A program made the translations under genes and the position numbers. From assembly GCA_030141605.1 (NCBI GenBank), contig JAQGDQ010000519.1, positions 1 through 64,000 of the forward strand: a DNA stretch of 64,000 nt, written 5' to 3'. The notes beneath the pieces were generated by a model that was not told the origin of the DNA, ran no database searches, and saw nothing but the letters and a program-made list of their open reading frames with translations. This stretch comes from Tubiluchus corallicola (Eukaryota > Animalia > Priapulida). Positions 52,007 to 64,000 of the stretch are shown here, in pieces (position 1 is the first letter of the stretch; each line of letters begins with the position of its first letter).

Positions 52007-55000
52007 TGTTGCTGACAGGCAGGTCCATGGGCGTGTTAACCTAAAAACGTAGAGCATAATGTTGACGTCTAAGGAGATATACTTACACATCTGCAAAATA
52101 CGATATTCGAAGAGAAAAATGGTTGCTGATTTTAACAATATCTGCATTAAACATTTATACGGAAACATTAGGAAACAGGCTGCACTCAGCGAATGATTTT
52201 CATTTTTATCAAAATAGTTGCATCAGGTTTTAAAAGGCAGTGTATGATTATGAGATCTGTCACAGCAAGCTTAAACTAGCAGGAAATTGAGCTAAAAAGC
52301 ATGCTAGTCAATTAAGCAACCAAAATGCAAACTTGACGTTTTCTGAGCCTTCGTTTAAGACTTCAGGTTTTGGCATAAATGCATTTAGTTTACTGTAGGT
52401 GATCTATACACGCACAGGGATTCATGTATCTATATAATAATTCTAGTGCTCCCTTGTGGTAGTAGATAGTTAGTATTATAGTGTACATATTAACGTAATG
52501 TTGCCAGTAGTTTAGAGTTTTCTAAATTACAGCAAGAATAGAAAGCTTATCCCACCACACTGTTAGGAAATTCTAAATGCGTGCTTGCTTATCAAAACCA
52601 TCCATAAGTTGGCATTTAAGCTTTTCCGGTAATTCTCAATTTCATGAGGATCATTTTGGTACCAAGCTCATCGCTTCTTGTTATTAGTGAGAGTTGCAGG
52701 TGTAGGCTATGCACTGAAAAACATAATCTTGAGAAAATCGCTGTTGAAGTTTGCCATTGTTTTTTTTGTTACGTTTCTGCAAAACACTTAGCAACCGCAC
52801 AAATGTTGGTTGTTACGGACTTTGCTAAGACACAATGAAGTTATGTTTAAATCCAGTAGATGGCTCTTCCTGACGAAGATCTGGGCTTGGCAACAGAAAA
52901 AACCCTAAGCAAAATGACTGCTTCCATGAGCTACTACCGAAGTCTGAAAATACAAGTTTTTCACAATAGTAGCACGAGTTTCTCACTAGAAAAGTATAGG
53001 GTTATAACATTACACTTTTAGTATTTTTTAAACATTTTCTTGATAATTTGATGTTAGAATATAAAAGTCCAATATATTTAGCATTTGTTTTTATGAAAAA
53101 AAACAAAAAATTGACAATTGACCAAATTTTTGGCGCACTCTACTTTGAAGCATCATAACGTAGTTTTAAGTGCCGACTTGTGGACGATTTTGGTTTGCAA
53201 GCACACAAACGTAGTTGAACTGATTCAACTGTGGACGTTTCAAATGCTCAATTAGTGTGATTATTAATTTGTGTAATTAAAGGAAATTAGCGTGATTAGA
53301 TCAGTTTGAAGGGAACAGGTCACATTTATATTCTAGTCGTTTGTGGTGTCTGCCTACTTGGTCAGAGTTGCCAGACTAGTGAGACTATACTTATTACATC
53401 ATGGTGTTTGGCGAATTAGAAAAATGATGTTCTTAATAAATTAAAATAGGGAATTGACGCTTATAGCTATATAGACTACTTAAAATGTAATCACAAGGCT
53501 TTCTTAATGGAGATTGCCATGGCTACCCAAAACAGAAAGTATCACGTGAGTTGCTTACTTAAGCTTAAAATAACGTAATTAATGCTGCTCTAGTTGAGCG
53601 TAAGTATAACGTTGGACCTATTCTGTTGTAAGAATGTCACATGTGAAATATTTTGTAGAAAAACATATGGGAAAAATATTTCGTTATCCGGGAACATACT
53701 GTTAGCAACGCTGTAACCAGAGATTATTTGGAATGAGCTCATTTTTACTGATAATTTTTATGGTGTAATTTAAAATTACGTTTTCGGAGTTGGCGCTATT
53801 AGTGGATAGATGGCACCACCTTTCAGTAAACACAAAGTTAATGACTTGTGGTAAGACTTTTTACGGTGAAACATCAAAAGAATACGCACGGTTTTGCATT
53901 GTAATTGATATAGAGCCATATAAAATTATTGGTTTTACTTTCTTCTATTATTATTATCTGACAAAAATTCTGCTGTTTGCATTCAAAATGAATCTGTTGT
54001 TAAATTTTAAAAAGACCTTTAAAAATACTGTAATGTACTAGTGTTTTAGAGAAAATAGCAAAATATTGTAAGACAAATTTCTAACAAATTCTCTGACTTT
54101 TTGCATTCTTAAACACAGATGAACAAAATTGCCCTATAATAGCAAAAAATTAGATAGAACAGCCATGCAGAATATATATAGAATGTTAAATACCGGTGGA
54201 TATACTTGTGTGAGATAGACAATATAAGAATAAACTGAAAATAATAATGCACTTTTAAATTGTTTATTTTGAAACATTGTTTACTTTTAAATTGTGGTTT
54301 TCACGGTTTACAATAGATAGATAGATAGATATTTTATTTCTGAAAATCAAATTTCCAACACGAAAATTACAAACTCGACGCATACCCGATGGTTTTATCA
54401 GCAGGCAGAGCTCGGGTAATGATTTCCAGATCATACTAACAATTTGACTCAACAGAGCTGCACAAGGTATATACACAGATATACAAATTTAGTTGTAAAC
54501 TCCATGAAGCGAAAAAACTATTTACTAAGCATTTGTACACATTTCATAAACAAATATTTTACCTATATGATAATCACAGTGATGCGGTTATGTGTCCACT
54601 AACAAAGCTATACTATTTAATTAAAAAATCTATGCATACAGTCGTAAATGAAATTTCCAATTGTCATTAATTCTCCATCAAATAAATTTGCAATATTGCT
54701 ATAATTTAACGCGTACAGTGATCTATAAAATGCATTTTCATGGCACAATAGCAATAAAGAAATCGTTTTACGACAAATAATTATTTACAGACAGAATCCT
54801 ACATTTTAGAAATGCTCATACACGGCAATATACCCAATTATGTATAACAGTCAGGGCAAAGCTAGCATCACATGAATTAACCTGTAAAAATTAAAAATAA
54901 AATTTTCTACCTTCTGTTCAACTGACTACTGATGTTGAATACTAGAGCACAGCTGAAATGTAGCTTGATTGTAAAAAGTATAAAAAATTAATTTATTAAT

Positions 55001-56548
55001 TAACTTACACATACAAAAAAACAAAATGTCACTAACTATTTTACACTTTATAACACAACTTTATAATTTTTACAGGGTTTAATAGGTCCCTTGCATTACA
55101 AATGAAAAATTTCAAAAAGGAAGAAAATAGTATGTAGTCCCATGGGATGAAGATGAAGAAATTAGTATTTAGTCCCATGAAATTTTGTGTTTGTTTACTC
55201 TTATTTTTCATTGGTATGAAGATGAAGCATCGCTGTCTTCTGAAACATTTTTATTATTTCTTCATCGTGGGTTTTTTTAGCTAAGTAAAATACGTTGGAA
55301 TTATTAAATAAACAATAATTTATAATAAACAAACATTTGAACCAAAAAACCTTGTAATTTATTTGTAATTTGTTATCACTTCCGCATGTATTTTTACATT
55401 ACAATTTGCATCATTATCTTTAACTATTATGCCCTATAACTAGAAAATGAAATACAGTTACAATAATTGTAACAGAACTACATTAGTATACTATAGCATG
55501 ATATAGTTAGGGAAAAAATTCAAAATATAATTACAAAAATTTAACAGAAGTGTACTAACATAGTTACTAAACTACATAATAGTTTGTCAACAAGAAATAG
55601 ATGCTGCATGGTGGTTAAAAAGCAAAGCTTGTAAGACCACCATGAAAGGTGAAAAAAACGACTTAATTTACAAGAGAGAGAATTATAGAAAAACAGGGAG
55701 TAGTTAAGATAAAATAATAGACAGAGATAGAGAAAAAGAGAAAAGAAATGAATTAGAAAGAAGTTCAGATGACGTTACATGACGTGTGATTATTGCTTAA
55801 TGTGGACTCGTAGCAATTGTAGACAAAAAGCGTCAACTTCTCACACAACTATAAACAAAAACATAATGAATGTATGTACATATATTATTAAGTAAAGATT
55901 TCTTTGACAATTCCAGCATATTCTAATTAACTACAAAAATTCCGACGAACAAATACTGAAAACGATATAATATAAAACTTCACGCAAAATGCAGAAACAT
56001 GCAGCGCTAGCTAAACAACATTTTTAGGTGATTAAAAGTCAATTAAAACAGAAAAATGAGGGCCGACTATTCATTAATAAAGATGCCCATGTTGCATATC
56101 ACACAATTATTACACGTGTTTTAGTCGTCTTAAAATTTTCATTTGTTATACTCAACTGTTGATTTGGTTACTGTTACGAGAAAGTTCAATTTGTTGACAA
56201 ATTTGCATATAATTTGATCTGGAAAACCGATTACCAATTCAAAAAGTAAATAAATAAAAAAATGAGGAAACACATGCAACTGAAGTAAAAATGTAACGTT
56301 AGAAATTATAGCTGCTACATGTGCAGTGCAGTATTTAAAAAAGTTTTGAAGTTGTTGATTTCACAGTTTTCAAAAACATTTTGACTCATTTCAATTACTT
56401 TTCACAAAACTATCAATGAAATAAAATTTAAATTTAAAAAAAAGAAATCCTTGACATTCAAAGACAAACAGATCACAGAAAGAAGCGAAATTCAACTTAC
56501 CAGCGTTGAATATGAAAGCGCAACTTGAATAAATTGAAGAAAAGAAAC

Positions 56549-57096
56549 TCACGATAGACCACTTTTCAACAAATCTGTGTCATTCAATATGAACTTCTGC
56601 AAAAGTTTATCGATGCGGCTAGCGGACAAAGCCGTCTGTTTCTCCATGCTGATGCGAAAATCCTCGCTGACATTTCGGTTCACTCCCCTCGTGACGGTCC
56701 GATTCCCGACTATTGCCGAAGTGCTCAGCGGCATCAGATCTAGCGTCACTGTCGTTTGGTGGCGGCGAATGTAAGCGAATTCCTCCAACATGTCAATGTT
56801 CACAACGTACGTGAAGAAACTGTTGTAGGTGAAGATTTTCTTCTTCGTAATTTTGTCGATTACTCTGCGGAAAGATTCTTCTCCTTTCGGCCAATCGTAC
56901 TGCAGGAAAACGAGCAAGTTTCCTAGCAACTGATCGGATTCTACACCACTACCCAGTCTCTTCTTCATACAAGTGAGCAACAGCAGGAAACAGTAGTGGA
57001 TGATATTTTGTTGACTAGCAATTAATAAATGGAGATGGCGTCGCAGGCCTGGTTGTATAATATTCTCATCAGTAGGTTGCTCTGATTCTCCTTCAG
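56549..57096 (-). CDS. INTS10: Integrator complex subunit 10, last coding exon
   Basis: LQYDWPKGE, FFTYVVNIDMLEEFAY and RTVTRGVN..EDFR..MEKQ are INTS10 C-terminal signatures; acceptor ttctgtag|ctgaag. Confidence 0.92.
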
Positions 57097-57407
57097 CTAC
57101 AGAAATAAACACAGTGTATACTGCTACTTCCTTCAGCTACAAAAATAAAAACTGGGTATACTACTACTTCCTTCAGCTACAAAAATAAAAACTGGGTATA
57201 CTACTACTTCCTTCAGCTACAAAAATAAAAACTGGGTATACTACTACTTCCTTCAGCTACAAAAATAAAAACTGGGTATACTACTACTTCCTTCAGCTAC
57301 AAAAATAAAAACTGGATATACTACTACTTCCTTCAGCTACAAAAATAAACACAGTGTATACTACTACTTCCTTCAGCTACAAAAATAAACACAGTGTATA
57401 CTGCTAC
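57089..57407 (-). repeat. 40-bp tandem repeat comprising the INTS10 terminal splice acceptor (7 extra copies)
   Basis: Units at 57121, 57161 ... 57361; minus-strand unit tatacccagtttttatttttgtag|ctgaaggaagtagtag. Confidence 0.93.
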
Positions 57408-58335
57408 AGACAACAAGACCAAAACATTCACTTAAGTTCGACTTAAGAAGTTGTTGTGGAGATCGCTGGCATCTATTAGAAATAAATAGAACATTGTAGA
57501 ATGTTCCGTTAGAATAATCGTCTTACCTTGTAGAATGTTCTGGAGTGGAACTTCTAGAAGCTTCTCGGGCGCTCTATATAAGGCGAAGCAGGCCGCTGAG
57601 AAACACACACACACAGATTCACACAGACGCCAATTGCACATTCTCTTGCATACTTGTATTTTCAGATACACGCAAACGTTTTCCAGATTTTCACATTTAC
57701 TGTAAACATTTCGCGTTCCTTCATACTTTTGCGTTGTAGAATTCTCGCTTAATAAACTAGTTTAATTTGATGACGTGTTTTCTGGTTTTCTCTACGAGCC
57801 TTCCGAGAGAAATAAAACACAACAGAAATAAACAAAATAAACCAGGACATAAGGTGAACCATCTACTTACAACCTGATTTTGCTCACTTTTAGAAAACAA
57901 CATGGCTAAGCTATTGAGATCCAATAACAGAAAAACCATTTACTACGTTTATTCTTTTGAATTTTTAAAATTTGCAAGAAATTTGCAGTAACGCAGTAGT
58001 CAAATATATGTCAAGAAAATTACTAGGTAGTCGTCGACTTACAACCACAATCAGGATTGGTCGTAAGACGAATTGGACAAAGATTGGACCCGTATGTTCT
58101 AGAGGTGTACTCCTACAAGGAAGATATTGTGTGTGCGCAATATAGCGGCTAGTACGATTAATTGATCAAAACGGGTGGTGATTTAAAGTTAATTCTTTCA
58201 GAAAATAGACAGAAATATGAGTTATATACTCATATCTCGGTTTACCGGATCTCACTTTTACAGATATCAGAAGAATCAGACAAAATCTTGACCATTACGA
58301 AATGGCGCATACTACCGACATAGTCCGTTGTTTTG

Positions 58336-58512
58336 AGCTGACCGCTAGTTGGCGGGTCGTCACTTTGTTTATATCATTACGTCAATGTAACCACGTGTAT
58401 ATCTATATATATATATATAGGGTCAATCATGCGGAGTTATTTGAGTCAGTTGCCAACAGTTTTTATGTTTGCATAGGAGCGGCCTCCACTAGGCATTTTT
58501 GAGACAATTAGG
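58336..58512 (+). repeat. Dispersed repeat, inverted homolog at about 61537-61720
   Basis: agctgaccgctagttggc...aggcatttttgagacaattagg vs cctaattgtctcaaaaatgcct...gccaactagcggtcagct. Confidence 0.8.
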
Positions 58513-58778
58513 CAATTGATTCTACATTATCGTGAGTCTAATACACGGCGCCCACTGTATTAGCTTAGCATCTGTAATTATGCACAATCAGCAAATTTGG
58601 ATCGACGTCTCGCCTCTTTCGTCCGGCAAACCGACACATGAGTGAAGTTGATCTTATATAATTAATTAATTAAGTTTGGGTTGAGTTGTAATTTCCCGTA
58701 AAGTCAAACAGCTATAAGTCTCAGAGGTCGTATGTTGACAACTACCATTACACGGTTGATAGTCCACAGCATTTAAAC

Positions 58779-59267
58779 CAGGGGTGTGCAAATTGCGGCC
58801 CGCCGAGAGAATTTGTGCGGCCCGCAAAGAGATTTGTCAACCTAGTGAAAGTGCGGCCCGGGCGATTAATTGAGTGTATTCAGCTGAAGTCCCTGCCACG
58901 ATCCCAAAGATAGTGCGGGTAGTTTTTTCTACTAGATCGGATGCCATTAACCCTTACAAGACGGTTGTAGCTTAATGTCGCTGTACTACACAAACTGCGT
59001 GATACACATTACTAATATGCATTGTAATGAAATTACCACTATCTGTCCCGAAAGTAGAAATATATGGTTTGTAATATAAATTTTAATAACTTCTAAAATA
59101 GTTTCTTGAGTGTAGTAGTAATAATGTACGCAGGTCGGATGCAAAGAAAATCATTATTAGGCCTTTCTGTACTTGGCTCCTTGATCTTGATCAAACTGCC
59201 TGTGGCCCGCAGGAATTGCGGGAAAGTTTAATGTGGCCCGGCTTGTCAGATAATTTGCACACCTCTG
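58779..59267. mobile_element. hAT (Charlie-like) MITE
   Basis: TIR caggggtgtgcaaatt / aatttgcacacctctg; perfect 8-bp TSD atttaaac; internal gcggccc motifs. Confidence 0.9.
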
Positions 59268-59308
59268 ATTTAAACCCTCAACGCATGAACAAACCAAGAG
59301 ATTCCTAC

Positions 59309-59418
59309 CTCGTGTATCTTCCGATGAGTTCAGGACATTGATAACAGCTACAATTAAGTCGCAGGATTGCATGTAGTTACCCAGCATGTACAGGCAGCTG
59401 ATTTTCTGTAGCAAATAC
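59309..59418 (-). CDS. INTS10: INTS10 exon (YLLQKISCLYMLGNYMQSCDLIVAVINVLNSSEDTR)
   Basis: ttgcgtag| ... gag|gtagga; phases 2 and 1 join the neighbouring exons in frame. Confidence 0.82.
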
Positions 59419-61028
59419 CTACGCAAAATGTCAATGGACATATAACACTACTTAAAACAGAGTCTATACTGAGCATCAGTACTGAGATCAGTAAGTGTTG
59501 ATAAGCCAATCGCAAAATTTCAAAAATATTGAAAATACGAAGAGTGGGTCAGAGTTTAATGATGCAAATGACTTAAACTATTAACGATTTTATACAGTGA
59601 GTATAAAATAATAGTCTTTCTATCTTTTATATCATCTCATATGTGAGCTTCATTCATTACATCATTCCATTTTAAGCACTAATGTTTTTTTTATCACACG
59701 ATTCACTTTAAATTTTCAGATTATTTCTATTATTACTTTTTTTTCTATCACTGTGTGGGACAATCTAGCAAGCCCTCTTTTTGATTGCCCGCAACACATT
59801 TACATTCGTATATAGGTGAACAGTGTTTGAGGCTTTTCCTGTGCAGTATTTCTTATTTGCATTACATTCATTGTAGGCCCTTTCACTAGATACGAAACTA
59901 TTGTAAATGTGTAATGTGAAATAAATGACTTATGAGGACCAGGGGACGGATCCACAAAGCCTCTTACAAATTGTTTTATTAACAAGATCATTCGTAAGAA
60001 CATTCCTAGGTTTACAATGGAATTCACAGAGGTTTTGTAACATGACATGAGAAGGTTGTTAAATGCAATCGTAACTTCATGAAAACAAAAAAATTCCTAC
60101 AAAGTTCTTACGCCAACTCTTACGTAATTTGTTAGTGAATGCGACCCATGGTCTACAATTTATGAAGATCGCTGTGATCCAAAGCCACACCTAGGTATCA
60201 ATTCTAAAGATTAACGCACTTAGAACTGGTCAGGCAGGTGTTTGGAAATGTAATAGCTATTGCACAGAACATAATTTCTGCTTTCCATCACATAGTCCTT
60301 GTAGAAATTTGCAATCATTTTATTGTGAAACGTAGACACTGTTCACTTGAGTAACAAACTACTGAACAAACAGTCATAAAAGTTAGCAATATGATACTGT
60401 AGAAATTTTGTACTCTTTAACATTACTTTAACAGTAGAAAATTTGATCTAGTATACTACTGATATACTAGTAGTCTCTAGATCAACTGAAACTTGCATGC
60501 CTGAGAGAATAAAGCTGTAATCACATGACCAGAGATTCAAGTTCCTATTGGAAGGTACATCACATTCATGCATACAAACCATAAATGGAAAGGTCACCTA
60601 TACTCTACAGACTACTAGTTAAACCAAAATCAAAGTCTACTTGGCTTCTTTGAAAGCAGAATAAAGATTATTTGTTTACAGAAAGCTTTGTTGTAATTTT
60701 TCTCTATTTAAACTTGAATAAGAGAGTTAGAACCAGAATTAAAGCATGAAATTAACAATCTAATTACTCTGATTAATGAATATCTATAAAAGCAAAAGGA
60801 AACAATATTTAGAAACAAAAATCAATCTCTGACAAACTTTGTACAATCATAGTAAAACAACGACTGCAGATGGCAGCATAGACTAATTCAGTACTTTAGT
60901 GTAGTAGACGGACAATTAAATGGGTCACATAATACTACAATCGCGTACTCGGTACAATAAGCGACAGTCCTACTTCCATGCCAGCAAGAAAACAGAGTAA
61001 ACAGAACATATTGAGAATACTCAGTTAC

Positions 61029-61111
61029 CTGATTTTCCATAGATTTTGCTCATCTTGCTGTAATTTCTTTAGTGCTTCTTTAAACATATGTTCATACAAA
61101 AGAAAATCTAT
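61029..61111 (-). CDS. INTS10: INTS10 exon (IDFLLYEHMFKEALKKLQQDEQNLWKI)
   Basis: ttttcgtag| ... cag|gtaact; phases 0 and 2; resembles DMIIYQGQYKKAI. Confidence 0.82.
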
Positions 61112-62492
61112 CTACGAAAACAAATGAAATTACAAATGTATATTAGTAGTGGTATTTTGCACTTCTTACTTTATGCAATTCGTGTAAGAGGCTGGCTCTA
61201 GCTTCATCAGAAAAGGTAAATATACTTCATAAATATATGTATATGGAATTACTTCATAAGATAACAATAACAGAAGAAACAGCATTGCTGCCGCTGTTTC
61301 AAAATGACTTTTAATAGAACAGTTATTACAAATGCCAGTTAGAAAAACAGATATTAATCTCAAAAGTGTGAATTCCAGGGATCAGAACGACAAATTGCAA
61401 AAAACTCTGAAACAGGCTGTAGGCAGCAACAAATTGCAATTTTGTGACCATAGAGAGCCTCTAAGTGGACCTAAAATATCAGTTACCTTGTTTCATGCAT
61501 AATTTAAAATACCCTACTATCAAAGATACATGATACCTAATTGTCTCAAAAATGCCTAAGTACTGGCTGCTCCTATGCAAAAGTATATAAAAACTGTCTG
61601 CAATTGACTCAAATAACTCCACACAATTGATTCTATATTTTTATACATAGAGATATACACGTGGTCACACTGATGTACGTGATGTAAACAAAGTGACGGC
61701 CTGCCAACTAGCGGTCAGCTTGTGAAATTAATGTACTGGGTCCGTAAAAACTTTCTCAACGAATTTATGCGATTTACACAACTGGCACTACTGGTCTTCC
61801 AAAAACTCGGAATTCCGCGTATCAGCGGAAAATTATCATCCCTGGAATTCTAAAGCTTTTTCCAAAATCACTTTGGCTGTTGTTCAATCAGATACTTGTT
61901 TTTCCTTCTTCAGTGACACTTGTTTTTCCTTCTTTTCCTCCTACTTGACACTAGTTGCATCTTATTTACAATACACACTCACTGATATCTATTGATACTT
62001 TAGCTTCAACTTGAAATTTTATTAAGTGAAGCAAAACACGAACAATTGCTTCAATTGTCTACTGTATCACATAAGTATTTCAGTGACCGGATTAGGAATG
62101 TTTGTCAGGGTAAGGAAAAAGTGTGGTTCGAAACTCCAAACTTAAACTCCAGTTTTTTGTTTAAAATTTGTTCCACTGTTCAGAAATTTCTCTATAGCCA
62201 TTTTGAAAGAAACAAAGCTAATATGTAGTTGTAATATTGTTAACAACTCTTGTATCTTACTGTTGGTTCAAATGAAGCAGAATTCACAGCTGCTTCTCAA
62301 AAAGTAAATATCTATTATTTATTCGTAAACCTTGTACTGCTTATAATGCCACATTTTAGTCAACATAAATAGATTTGGCCTTATATAACACATTTTTTGG
62401 GAACATAACATTTATTGTTCAAAATAGCGAATCTGAGAATTGCTATAGATACTAATGCTACCGTACAATTGAAGCAAAGTCTTCGCTTAATC

Positions 62493-62946
<454 letters not shown>

Positions 62947-63036
62947 GTTTACATAAATTAGTAATTTAAGTTCAATAAATATACTAATCTCAAATGATAA
63001 AAACAACGAATAAAGAAATATTTTAAATATTTTCAC

Positions 63037-63159
63037 CTGAAATGACTGTAGCCATTCCCACTTGTCTGTCTTCCAAAGCTGGCAGATTCGTGAGAAATCT
63101 TTCTGCAGATACTCGTTACCGTGAAGCAGTTCCCAACACTTGACAGCAGTTGTAAAACA
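63037..63159 (-). CDS. INTS10: INTS10 exon (CFTTAVKCWELLHGNEYLQKDFSRICQLWKTDKWEWLQSFQ)
   Basis: Matches the INTS10 WELL..EF.RIC..WKTD.W.WL pattern; ttgcacag| ... cag|gtgaaa. Gene continues beyond the window. Confidence 0.87.
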
Positions 63160-63436
63160 CTGTGCAACAAACAATCATTCTCAGCACAGCTGTTATGAAA
63201 TAGGAAGATCTTGGGTTCAACACCCAGCGGAGGTGCGAAATTTTTCAGACATTCTAATTTAGGGCTGATTTGTGAATTCATGTAATTCATACTATTCCGC
63301 AAGTACAAAATATTCACATTGGATTATCATGGCAACAGAAGTTTAAAAGAAACTGAAGGTTTTCTGTAAGTGAATCTAAACAATTACAAGAAGTTATCTA
63401 TCTTAGCTGGGCATCAGACTTAAAGAACAAGAAAAG

Positions 63437-64000
63437 GGATACCTGAAGTAGGTTTCAGAAAAATCGCCTTAAAAAATTATATTACTTTATAGCAATTTTA
63501 TGCGTATATCTTACTCGCACTGAAAGGAATTTTAGTTTGTTCTCATTTTAAATCTCCCGCAATACTGTTCCGAAGTCGATATTACATGACGTCATGTACC
63601 AAATGTAAATCAGGGGAAGAAAAGGCAATGTTAAATTATGTCTCGAAACACTTTCCGTGCAAATCTATATTACTTAGATTTTTGCTTACCTGCTAGAAAG
63701 ATTTATGTAACTAGAAAAGAAAATTATTAATTATTTAAAATGTTTTCACAAACTGATAAAATGTCGCTGACTCACCCTCCAGAGTGCACCACTCACTAAC
63801 CAAAAAATGTATTTTTAATCTTATTGACAAGATACAGTAATTTTAAATTTTATTTAGTTAGTGACGTGTGCGCTACAAATGCTCTGATTATTTTTTCAAA
63901 CTTTACAAAATGTTATCTAAACTTGTTTCAATTGACCTGTCCTGAAAATGGCTGCGTCTAACGGTCATCGCGGGAGTTTAAATTTACATGTTTTATACAG
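63437..64000 (-). mobile_element. Dispersed repeat, inverted homolog of 45153-45685
   Basis: Reverse-complement similarity through the window end. Confidence 0.8.

Noticed and set aside
52870-52905. Hammerhead-like CTGACGA...GAAA (also atgaaga...tgaaac at ~55216-55246)
   Set aside because: Stem II is not properly closed or the core is mutated, and stems I and III could not be built; at most decayed Penelope-type remnants.

Overview
AT-rich, repeat-dense invertebrate-type animal genomic DNA (not prokaryotic; no CRISPR, rRNA or tRNA seen). The first 15.2 kb is a giant quasi-palindrome: 1-6790 is mirrored at 8437-15230 around a 1.65-kb spacer. It is centred on a full-length RTE non-LTR retrotransposon (5216-8381; 13-bp TSD; one in-frame stop) whose 5' end coincides with the cleavage site of a twister ribozyme. 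A second, twister-headed, internally deleted RTE derivative lies at 18871-19353. Two spliced host genes converge: a 9-coding-exon KIAA0513-like gene (+, 23535-52006) carrying an unexpected 11-mer amphipathic repeat, and the last four exons of INTS10 (-, 56549-63159), whose terminal acceptor is tandemly duplicated. The remainder is MITEs (hAT, TTAA-type, TA-type), non-autonomous Helitron pieces, RTE-related SINE-like elements, LINE remnants, mini/microsatellites, two orphan pseudo-exons (C-type lectin, NELL/VWC-like) and one assembly gap. Family assignments come from motif recognition by eye, not database searches.
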